19,279 nucleotides of DNA from Octopus sinensis (GCF_006345805.1 NW_021824184.1:1-19279), one strand, 5' to 3'; positions 1-9,271 are shown, counted from the stretch's first letter. Notes: generated by a model not told the origin, from the letters alone. Translations and numbers: made by a program.

Positions 1-52
1 CATGCGTGCACACATACACACACATACACAAATTCACGCGCGCATACATATA

Positions 53-98
<46 letters not shown>

Positions 99-125
99 GA
101 AACACACACTCTCTCTCACACGCAC
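1..125. repeat. Compound (CA)n/(TA)n microsatellite
   Basis: Direct reading: cacacatacaca...(ta)n...cacacac. Confidence 0.95.
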
Positions 126-279
126 ACACGCCTTTCTCTCAGATGTTTCTTGTAAAAAAAGTAGAGTCCTCAAATGAAAATTGAAATATTAACGAATTCG
201 AATTTGTCGACGGTCGTTGTGGAGAGATTGGTGGGCCTGGTGTGGGTGGGTGTAGGGTAGAATGGTGAAGGGGGTCATT

Positions 280-310
280 TGATGATGATGATGAGGATGA
301 GGACGAAGAT
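280..310. repeat. Degenerate (GAT)n/(TCA)n trinucleotide tract
   Basis: tgatgatgatgatgaggatgaggacgaagat; variation is confined to one position of the triplet. Confidence 0.85.
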
Positions 311-409
311 ACACCTACTATTTCCAGCACTTGCAGACACTCTCCTGGACTCCCTTGTTGGTGTTATTGTTTGCATTGACGTCCAGTTTTGATGTTGGTG
401 TTAAAGCTG

Positions 410-665
410 GTGATGTTCTAAGTTCGACTTCCTGCGTCGGGTTGTACTCTTGGGCAAGATACTTTATTTCACATTGCCTCAGGCCAATCAACTGGCAAAA
501 ACGAATAATATCTGTAATTCAAAGGGCTAGCATCGTCACATTCTATGTCACGTTGAATCCTCTTACGAACTATGTTAAGGGCATGCGTGTCTGTGGAGTA
601 TTCAGCCGTTCCATTGATCGGATCAACTGGAACAGTCATCGTCGTAACCGACGAAGAGCCAGTAG
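410..665 (+). mobile_element. tRNA-derived SINE (family C), 5'-truncated, small internal deletion
   Basis: Collinear with the reverse complement of 12888-13204 (ctttatttcac...tgtaattcaaagggc...gtcacattctatgtcacgttgaatc...gatcggatcaactggaac...cgtaacc); B-box-like gttcgacttcc at about 422. Confidence 0.8.
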
Positions 666-699
666 ATAAGATGCTGGGGTTGATTTTGTTGGTGGTGAG

Positions 700-1030
700 C
701 GAAGCGGTCTTCGTCCCAGAGCTCGCAAGATCACGCCTCAGGATTGTCTGTAGTGGGAGAAGTCCGAAACGTGGTCCTTTGCTTTTCGTAAGACCAGCAG
801 AAGAGAAAGCATCGACGGATGCATGAATGCGCATCCAGGCTCAGCGGTTGCGTAGGAAGTCGGGGACAAGAAACAGGAAGAAAGAGTTAGAGAAAGTTGG
901 AGCGAAAGAGTACAACAGGGGTCGTGGAGTTTAAGGTGTTTTCGCTCAACAAACATACACAACGCCCAGTCTGGGAATCGAAACCGCGATCCTCCGACCG
1001 CGAGTCCGCTGCCCTAACCACTGGGCCCCC
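700..1030 (-). mobile_element. tRNA(Arg-like)-derived SINE (family D)
   Basis: Minus strand reads cagtggttagggcagcggactcgcggtcggaggatcgcggtttcgattcc (A-box- and B-box-like); the same head is at 12426 (+). 3' boundary is approximate. Confidence 0.75.
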
Positions 1031-1181
1031 TGTTGGTTGTGATGCTGGTGGTGATGATATTTTTCGTGATGGCAGTGTTTTTATGTTTGGTGTTGCTGTT
1101 AGTAGTATCTATGGTGGTGGTGGTGGTGGGGGTGGTTGTCTCTTGACGTTGTAGACTAACTAATTTCAAGTCCTCAAGTTA

Positions 1182-1231
1182 TGTTGTACTGATGAACCCA
1201 AAATGAGGACGAAATAGCGCTTTCTACAACA
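1182..1231 (+). ncRNA. Minimal type I hammerhead ribozyme motif (AGCGCT stem III family)
   Basis: Stem I TGTTGTA(1182-88)/TACAACA(1225-31); CTGATGA 1189-95; GAAA 1211-14; palindrome AGCGCT 1216-21; UUC triplet, predicted cut after C1224; stem II weak. Confidence 0.7.
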
Positions 1232-1529
1232 ACTAAAACTACAGGAATATGCAGTAAACAGATACAATGGTAAAACTGAAACACCATATACTCTTTCACT
1301 CATAGCAAAAAAGAGCTCCCAAGATGAGTAGGAGATACGATGCATACCATGAAGCGGTTCTCTCTTATTGAGGAGAATATTCACCCTCTCTGTCATCTCT
1401 TAGTATCACTCTATCCCTCTCTATCCCCTTCTTACCCCGTAAGCCAATAAAGCAGCAGCAGCAGCAGCAGTTCCCAATCAAGTAACAACGTTGTTATTGT
1501 TGGTAATCTGTTGTGGTAATAAATCAACA

Positions 1530-1720
1530 TCTTTAAGAGAAGGAGAGAGAGAGGGGGGGAATGGCGAAGGGATTGTAGAATATTTAGAGAGTGAGGTGGT
1601 TATATACAGGGAAGGAGAGAGAGGAAAAGGGAGAGGGAAGAGAAAGTAAGAATTGAAGGGGATGAAGGGGAGGGAAGTAATAATGACTTGCTGGAGAGAG
1701 AAAAATATTTGTGAGATAAT
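1530..1720. repeat. Purine-rich low-complexity tract
   Basis: Degenerate GA/GAA/GGA repeats. Confidence 0.75.
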
Positions 1721-1939
1721 ATCGCGCGCGCGGGCGCGCACACAGTGACATACGTGCTAGTGCACATACACACACACTGATACACAGATATATTGCTGCA
1801 TACACGTAAACACACCTACCATTACACACATATCAGCACACTCACACACATGCATAGACATACACACCACGGATACAAATATCAAACACATACACAAATT
1901 TGCCAATGTCCGAGTTTGTAAGTACAAAAACAGAAAGAG

Positions 1940-1948
1940 ATGGAAAGG

Positions 1949-1979
<31 letters not shown>

Positions 1980-2025
1980 GAGAGAAAGAGAGAGAATGAG
2001 GGAGAGAAAGAAAAAGAAAGAGCGA
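1940..2025. repeat. (GA)n microsatellite
   Basis: Direct reading. Confidence 0.9.
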
Positions 2026-2121
2026 GAGACGGGGCGAAAATGAAAGCGTATATATTGTATCAGCAAATTTCATTCGTCGTTGACTTGTGTCTGTGCGCAC
2101 TATGAATGCAAGTATATATAC

Positions 2122-2124
<3 letters not shown>

Positions 2125-2180
<56 letters not shown>
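2125..2180. repeat. (AAT)n microsatellite, left flank of LINE-like insertion
   Basis: Near-perfect AAT run. Confidence 0.95.
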
Positions 2181-2729
2181 TGCCCTGATGCAGTACCAGG
2201 CAGTGGCTCTCATGGCTTCTGATCTTAACTGATTGGAAGTGTTATCATGTACATTGTTTTGTCTTGGTATAAAAGATGGGCTACAGCAAATATTTGCTCA
2301 ATACCACAGATTTACTTGTCATTGTTTGACCTTAACCAGTTGAGCATGTCCCTTAGTGGCTGACGATATGTGCATCTCTGATCACGAGCAGAAGTAGTGG
2401 GGGAGCATCATAGCCATGTGTTGAGAGGGATTCTTGGGGTTTGAATAGTTCACCTCTGGAAACATAGTGGTTCTTTCAACATCTTAAACAACCCTTATTC
2501 AGGGACCGTTTGGACGGATGGGCTACTCAACCTGAAGAAAATTCTAACTGGGCCCCACCTGCAAGGTCATGCGCTGTTTATCTTGATATGAGATCGCCGT
2601 GTCGCGCACATATGGCTGTGATGCATTTGCCTAGTGTACCCTTATCAGACGGGTAGTCATGATGGGTATACTGGGCTTCGTATATTTGACCTCAGTGTCA
2701 CATTGATGGCATGCACTACTTTCTCACTC
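2181..2729 (+). mobile_element. Probable 3' end/UTR of a 5'-truncated non-LTR retrotransposon inserted in an (AAT)n array (Dong/R4-like by inference)
   Basis: About 550 bp of complex sequence with sharp (AAT)n junctions on both sides, ending ...ctcactc(aat)n; recalled as an abundant Octopus repeat; no ORF. Confidence 0.55.

Positions 2730-2774
<45 letters not shown>
2730..2774. repeat. (AAT)n microsatellite / element tail
   Basis: Perfect AAT run. Confidence 0.95.
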
Positions 2775-2775
<1 letters not shown>

Positions 2776-2835
2776 TGACAACAAAAGAATTAATAAAACC
2801 TTCATATTATGTAAATAGAGGAATTTATCTATAAA

Positions 2836-3018
2836 TATAATATGTGACAATTAGTTGGTTGTCATAATAAACTCAGAGTTTCGGATGCCAGGCTGAAACC
2901 TGCTCCGGCATCTCTTTTTTTTGTCTTAATAACTAATGAGATGCCGGAGCAGACTTCGGCCCCGGCATCTGAAACTCTGAGTTTTATTATGACAACCAAC
3001 TAATTGTCACATATTATA
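2836..3018. mobile_element. Inverted duplication of an HHR-bearing, Penelope-like terminal-repeat fragment
   Basis: Arms 2836-2914 and 2938-3018 are reverse complements; the same family occurs singly at 18050-18191. Confidence 0.75.
2923..2993 (+). ncRNA. Type I hammerhead motif with core mutation (CTAATGA), AAACTC-N-GAGTTT family
   Basis: Stem I gtcttaataa/ttattatgac; CTAATGA 2933-39 (G5A); stem II GATGCCGG/CCGGCATC; GAAAC 2971-75; GUU triplet 2981-83. Confidence 0.65.
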
Positions 3019-3109
3019 TATAATATATTATATATTATATATATATATATTATATATATATATTATATATGAATAAATATGTATTCCCTCCCTGTTTATT
3101 TCGGTGTTC

Positions 3110-3144
3110 CTTTCTGTCGAAGAGGTAGGCTCGAAACTTAAAAG
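3110..3144 (+). ncRNA. Degenerate minimal hammerhead motif (CUGU-core, ACGT family)
   Basis: cttt-CTGTCGA-a-gag-gtag-gctc-GAAAC-tta-aaag; homologous to 8237-8272(-), with flanks also similar. Confidence 0.55.
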
Positions 3145-3802
3145 ATTTTCTCACTTCCTGAGCGTGTAAACAAATAAATCTGTTTGTTGTTTACAGACCC
3201 GTCTTCGTGCAGATCTTTGAGTTACATTAGTCTGGCTGTTTTGGCATTGTGTGTGAGGTCATCAGAAACAGAGTGCTTCCTGAGGAAATCACATGCGCGC
3301 GCGCACACATATACAGATATATATATAATTATATATAACCATAATACATACATATATATATATAAACATATATATGCATACATGCATATATATAATCATA
3401 ATTAAAACACACACACACGCGCGCACACACTCATATATATATATATATATATATTAGAAGAAATAAGATACTCAGAAATCTGGGTGGTTTTACATTTATA
3501 GATTTTTATTAATATGTTACATGTTTTTATAAATCATATATTAGCGCTTGCATCTACTCTAGTAGAATCTCCAAACCTTCTAATATATATATATATGGGA
3601 GGTGTTGGTATCCAGAAGACCCAAGGTGGCAGGTAACGCTATGTAAGTACTATGGCAGGATCGTAGATAAACTCTCGATTCGATAATAATACGAGTGAGG
3701 AGTCTAACGCGGATCTTGTATGAGGATGTATATATTAAATAAAATGATTCAACAAAGGCAAAGCTGTGTGGAATTTATAGGACATTTATAAAGAGAAAGT
3801 TG

Positions 3803-3850
3803 GTCTTACAGCTGTTTCTGGGATATTAGGAATATCCCTTCATCACAGAC
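3803..3850 (-). ncRNA. Type I hammerhead motif, C3G core variant (ACAGCTGT family)
   Basis: Minus strand: gtct-GTGATGA-a-gggatatt-cct-aatatccc-a-GAAAC-agct-GTA-agac; perfect 8-bp stem II. Confidence 0.65.
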
Positions 3851-4399
3851 TGTATGAGAGAGTTAACTAGACGGAAATATTGAAGTTCAATATGAAGAGC
3901 TGTTTTGGAAAAGGAAGCAAATAAGGAGTATATAAGGAAATTGGAGAATGAATGTAGAAATAAAAATAAAAATAAAAATGTATAAAAATGTTATAGTTGC
4001 AGTTCCATTATCCAAGGAAGGTGGTGTGTAGAAGAAGTAGAAGTGGTAGGGGTAGTATTCATATTAATACTACCTCAACATTCTCAAATTTTCAATCACA
4101 CTACAAAACCCCTTTGAATGAACAGTACATGGAATCTGTGTCTCCACACTTTCCATTTGTGATAACAAGATATAAACCCCTACTGGAATTTACATAGCAC
4201 GGACAGAAATAATTTCTACCACTTCTACACACCACTTTACATGGATAATGGGACTGCAAATATAACATCGTTATATATTTCCATTTTTATTTCTACATTC
4301 ATTCTCCAATTTCCCTATATACTCCTTATTTGCTTCCTTTTCCCAAATAACTCTTCATATTGAACTGTACTATTTCCCTCTAGTTAACTCTCTCATATC

Positions 4400-4447
4400 G
4401 TCTCTGATGAAGGGATATTCCTAATATACCAGAAACAGCTGTAAGAC
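4400..4447 (+). ncRNA. Minimal type I hammerhead ribozyme motif, intact core (ACAGCTGT family)
   Basis: gtct(4400-03)-CTGATGA(4404-10)-a-gggatatt-cct-aatatacc-a-GAAAC(4432-36)-agct-GTA(4441-43)-agac(4444-47). Confidence 0.75.
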
Positions 4448-4469
4448 TACCCTCCTCTTTATAAATATA

Positions 4470-4484
4470 TATTTTACATACATG

Positions 4485-4516
<32 letters not shown>

Positions 4517-4550
4517 CATACATACATACATACATATATATATATATATT
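4470..4550. repeat. (TACA)n/(TA)n microsatellite
   Basis: Direct reading. Confidence 0.95.
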
Positions 4551-5045
4551 CGTACCGGACGTTACAAAACGTAAACAACATGAAATACGACGGCAAATCT
4601 GAGTATGCGAACGAGAGAGACACATGGAAAACAAGACAAGTAACATAAAGAACGACCCTTCATCAGTTGTCGGCTGTTTATCTACTCCACATTTCGAGAG
4701 CAATTCCCGATAATATGTGTCTTCGTAAAACAGTTCCTTCCTTACAGAGGAGGTAAGGTAGCGAACGCTGGAATATACTTTGATAAGAGAAAAGATGGGA
4801 GAGGAGACAGGTAAGAATGTGCCTGGTCTGTGTGACAGACTGAAGGAAAAGAAAGATGGATGATGGTTACGTGTGAGCAACGGCAGATAGTAAAGGAGGA
4901 AGAGGGAGAGAGAGAGAGCGAGAAATAGAAAACGGTGATTGTGAGAAAAAAGAATTAGAGAAAGGATGAGATAAAAACGAAAGGGGGAGAGTGAGAACAC
5001 TACACGTAAGAGTCGCATGAAAATTAAGATAAACTTACTTGGAAT

Positions 5046-5085
<40 letters not shown>

Positions 5086-5197
5086 TACATGTATGTATGT
5101 ATGTAAACACGTGTACACGTACACACGCGCATATAAATGTACATATGTGTATGTATGTGTATATGTATGTAAGTATGTATGTATGTATGTATGTATG

Positions 5198-5237
<40 letters not shown>

Positions 5238-5280
5238 GCATACACCCATGTATGTGTGTGTATGTGCACATGTTATCATA
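5046..5280. repeat. Compound (TA)n/(TATG)n microsatellite
   Basis: Direct reading. Confidence 0.95.
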
Positions 5281-5534
5281 TACAGAATTACACGCACACA
5301 CCGCTCCGTACAACATGTATAGAGAGAGGGAGTGAGGAGAGAGAGGAACGTACGATAGGAGGAGGGAGGGCGAGGAAGAGGAGGGACAGATCTACAAACA
5401 AATTTGATTGGAGATGTCTACTCGATGATTTAATCATATTTATACATCCTGTTGATTTTCTAAAGCTACACACACTATGAATGTAATATATATGTATAGT
5501 TAAAACAAACACAAACGACGCAAAGACACATACA

Positions 5535-5588
<54 letters not shown>

Positions 5589-5595
5589 ATATACA

Positions 5596-5640
5596 TATGT
5601 AGAAGGTTAAGAAGAAGCAATATACATATATGTATATATA

Positions 5641-5675
<35 letters not shown>

Positions 5676-5751
5676 CATATATACATATATATATATATAA
5701 TATATATATATGTACATATATGTATATTGTTCCTTCTCAACCTTCTACATA
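5596..5751. repeat. 35-bp inverted repeat around a (TA)n core
   Basis: tatgtagaaggttaagaagaagcaatatacatata (5596-5630) vs tatatgtatattgttccttctcaaccttctacata (5717-5751). Confidence 0.8.
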
Positions 5752-5876
5752 ATATATATATATAGATATTATATATTATATTAATCATATATTATTTATT
5801 ATTGTTATTATGTATTGGTTTATGTCTGTCACTGTTTGAGTTGCATCATAGTGTTTTTATCTCTAATTCATATTTG

Positions 5877-5926
<50 letters not shown>

Positions 5927-6409
5927 CTACATGTATATATACAAATATAGTAGCCATCAGCCTCCTGATATAGTTTTTAAATGTATTATAGAATGGTAAG
6001 CGTATATGAAAAGGTCATTTATCATTAGAATCATGCACACATTTACACATTATTCTCTATTATTGGCTCACTCTTCACATATGCATACAAGTAGAAGCAT
6101 TATACGCTTTCGTACCATCATTCGAAAATTAAAAGCATTCGCAACATATCGCTTCTTGTGGTGGTGGGTGGACATGTGCTTAATGCGAATATTATCGCCA
6201 TATACACATACAGAGATATGCACACACACACACACACACACACTTACAAGAGAGAGAGAGAGAGAGAGAAAGACATGCACGTATACATACTTCATTTCTT
6301 CTCATATGTTCCTGCACTGACTCATGCACGAGTGGAAACTCATACTTCACCCACTTGCACTCAGCTTACACTCACGCCAAGATACACTTTTACACCTATA
6401 ATAGACCTC

Positions 6410-6523
6410 CTCTCTCTCTCTCTCTCTCTTCTCTCTCTCCCTCCCTTTGTTTCTCTCTGTGTTTGTCGTTTCAATAGACGAACAAACACTCTGCAACATG
6501 TTCCTACACAAACATATACATAC

Positions 6524-6559
<36 letters not shown>

Positions 6560-6647
6560 TCCTCTCTCGCTCTTTCTCTCTCTCTCTTTCTATCTTTCTC
6601 TCTCTCTTCCTCTCTTTCTTTCTTTCTCTCTCACTCTCTCTCTCCTC

Positions 6648-6684
<37 letters not shown>

Positions 6685-6700
6685 ATTTATATGTATAAGT
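6410..6700. repeat. (CT)n and (TA)n microsatellite cluster
   Basis: Direct reading. Confidence 0.85.
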
Positions 6701-6825
6701 TTATATGCCGTGTATTAATCCTCATAATGGGATGTGTACCAACAAGATTACACTGTTTTTATTACTTTATTGGGAACAAATTTCTCTAAAATAAATACGT
6801 ATATATTTAGCATATGACCTATATT

Positions 6826-7246
6826 CAATTAAGAGAAGAAGATAGAGAGTTAATAGATAATAATTAATTTATTAATATATTCATAATCATTCCTACAATT
6901 GTTTCAATTTATACTCAATTAATAAATTACAAATTTATATAATAAATTTGCATAAATAAGTTTTGAGCAAAATATTATCAGGGAAATATTAGATATTAAA
7001 GATTTACATGGTGAACAACTTGTTCTTTGTGTTTGAGAGAACAAATTGTTCACCATGTAATTCTTTAATGTCTAATATTTCCCTGGTGATATTTTGCTCA
7101 AATCTTATTTATGCAAATAAATTCACAAATTACATAAATTTGTAAATTATTTATTGAGTATAAACTGAACCAATTGTAGGAATGCTAATCAATATGTTAA
7201 TTGATTAATTATTGACCATTAACTCTCTATTTCCTTCCCTTAATTG
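6826..7246. mobile_element. AT-rich fold-back palindrome (MITE-like), about 420 bp
   Basis: Arms mirror over their whole length (catggtgaacaacttgttct / agaacaaattgttcaccatg); loop about 7027-7037; ends CAATTA...TAATTG. Confidence 0.8.
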
Positions 7247-7470
7247 TATACACACACATACACACACACACATACATATGTTCACACACATGCATACGCA
7301 CACATATATGTATGTATGTATGTATTATGTATGTATGTATGTATGTATGTATGTTTGTATGTATGTATGTATGTATGTGCGTGCGTGCGTGTGTGTATAT
7401 ATATGCATATATATGTGTATGTGTTTGTGTGTGCTTGCATACATGCATACATATATATATATATATATAG
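7245..7470. repeat. (CA)n/(TATG)n/(TA)n microsatellite
   Basis: Direct reading. Confidence 0.9.
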
Positions 7471-8032
7471 ATTCAGATGAATATGGTAGTTAAGTCAAAG
7501 GCACCAGAATTTTGTATGAAACGATGGTACCACATTCCTCGGATATACTTGTTGCTTATTTTGATTTATATATTATTATATATATAATTATATATATATA
7601 TTATATATATATATGTATGTATATATATACACTTGTATTTGTGTAGTAACGGTGCCATTAGTTTCGTGTTACGAAAATATCTTAGCAAGTTTTCAGGCTG
7701 ATTACATGGAGGAATGGATTTCGTCTACATTTGGAATTAAAGCACGATAAAAACACGAATTCGCAATAAAGTCTCGCGAAACGTTTTGGTAGACGAAACA
7801 AGAAACTTTGTATGACTTATCTGGCCGAAATTTCGAAGTCACTGTCAACAATATTCTCGTTTAAGAATAATAAATTTGTAATCTGCAGCAGTATCGAGTA
7901 ACCATCAAATTTATGTAAAAGTCTTTTTATTATAACTGAAGATAAAAACAAACGTTAATATGTATGTATCTCTCTTTTAGTTTTTAATTATTATAAATTT
8001 TCCACTGAGGAGGGAGCAAGTTTCCAACAAAG

Positions 8033-8146
8033 ATGTATGTATGTATGTATGTATGTATGTATGTATGTATGTATGTATGTATGTATGTATGTGTAGTATG
8101 TATGCATGCATGTATGTATGTATATTTTATGTATGTATGTATGTAT
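8033..8146. repeat. (TATG)n microsatellite
   Basis: Direct reading. Confidence 0.95.
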
Positions 8147-8300
8147 AGGGAGAGTTTACGAAAAAAACAAAAGACGAAGACAGGTGGTGTACAAAACAAA
8201 CAATGTATTAGTATAACGCTCAGAAATAGAAAAAGTCTTTTACGTTTCGAGCCTACGCTCTTCTACAGAAAGGGACACAGAAAAAACAAGGAGAGAAAAA
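8146..8300 (-). mobile_element. HHR-bearing dispersed repeat (Penelope-like terminal-repeat fragment)
   Basis: Minus strand is homologous to about 3085-3200 (+) and runs into (CATA)n. Confidence 0.6.
8237..8272 (-). ncRNA. Ultra-minimal hammerhead motif with CUGUAGA core (ACGT family)
   Basis: Minus strand: cttt-CTGTAGA-a-gagc-gtag-gctc-GAAAC-GTA-aaag; stem III is only the loopless palindrome ACGT. Confidence 0.65.
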
Positions 8301-8622
8301 AATATGTGTAGTGGCTAACAATCTATCACGGCGTCTCATATATGTATGTATGTATTACATCAGTGTGTCCTCCCAGTCTTTGCTCAATGAAAGGTTAACT
8401 ACAAGAAAGCAATCTGTCTAGGATCGACACCAGCAATCTATCTAGAAGAAGGTAACTCTAAATTCAAATCCCTCACTGCTATCGTGTCGTTAGCCTTTGA
8501 TTGGGCGAAAAGCGAGAGAAGGGCATTCTGATATAAAACTTGCGACTGCAAATGCACCCAATGATGTCGCCTTGATCTTCTTTTTGGATCATGCTTTGTA
8601 GTTTACAGAATGAGATTAGTTT

Positions 8623-8745
8623 CAGGAGACATCGTCTCCATCTAGCTATACAACACGATCTGTGAGAGGGGGTGCTAGATTCCCTTGTTCGAAAATATAA
8701 GGACACAGATCGTGTCGTATAGCCAGCTGGAGACGATGTCTCCTG
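8623..8745. repeat. 42-bp inverted repeat with 39-nt spacer and nested hairpins
   Basis: 8623-8664 vs 8704-8745, 39/42 complementary; each arm contains GGAGAC-NNN-GTCTCC. Confidence 0.9.
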
Positions 8746-9194
8746 GGGTTAAATTACAGCAACATTCGTCCTAAACTAGGACTGTCATATTATGTTGGCA
8801 AACAATCTTCACTCCAAAGTACTGTTGCTGAATATCTCTTGTTGTGACATTTAAAAATAGTAATTTTCTAAATATAAAATACTTTATATATTTTGTTGTA
8901 TTTCGGGACGGTCATCTTAATTTTAATTTGTGCCAAATAAACACTCGCACTGTATATTTGTTCTTCACTTGTTTATAACTGTTCTTATTCTAACTCATGT
9001 CCATTGTCCGGAAACACATCTGTGACCTCTTCAGCGGCACTTTTCGTGTGCGCTCCGTGTTTATGTGTGTGTGGTATGCTTATAAATATGACTTTGATGA
9101 TGATTGCAGACACATTCTCTTGCTTCTTTAAGTCATGTTCATATCGAAGGCATATTTCTCCATTTCCAGAATAACTAACTGCATTACTACAACT

Positions 9195-9218
9195 ACACAC
9201 ACACACACACACACACAA

Positions 9219-9268
<50 letters not shown>
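9195..9268. repeat. (CA)n microsatellite
   Basis: Direct reading. Confidence 0.95.

Positions 9269-9271
<3 letters not shown>

Larger units (their letters stand above)
3784..4466. mobile_element. Long imperfect inverted repeat (about 260 bp arms, about 165 bp spacer) with an HHR in each arm; Penelope-like remnant
   Basis: Left arm 3784 to about 4049 is the reverse complement of right arm about 4214-4466 (e.g. aaggaagcaaataaggagtata / tatactccttatttgcttcctt). Confidence 0.85.

Noticed and set aside
139-330. Ser/Pro-rich ORF with poly-Ser using all four TCN codons
   Set aside because: The same pattern reads as Asp/Glu on the other strand, degenerate (GAT)n tracts are common in such genomes, and there is no convincing splice context or homology.
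469-834. 121-aa ORF with protein-like composition
   Set aside because: It runs antisense through SINE family C and along the body of SINE family D; it is repeat read-through.
960-1030. tRNA-like sequences here and at 12426, 13204 and 13238
   Set aside because: No complete cloverleaf or acceptor stem, and each continues into a SINE body; these are SINE heads, not tRNA genes.
4380-5297. 305-aa ORF, and the other Y/I/H/T/C/V/L/S-rich ORFs in the track
   Set aside because: They are translations of (TA)n, (CA)n, (TACA)n and (CT)n microsatellites, with no domain-like sequence.
7470-7535. cagatga...gaaac as a possible hammerhead
   Set aside because: The core is mutated, there is no stem I closure, and stem II is weak.
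8985-9190. Non-repetitive open frame on the minus strand (SNAVSYSGNGEICLRYEHD...)
   Set aside because: No recognisable domain, start or splice sites; the frame begins in a (GT)n tract.
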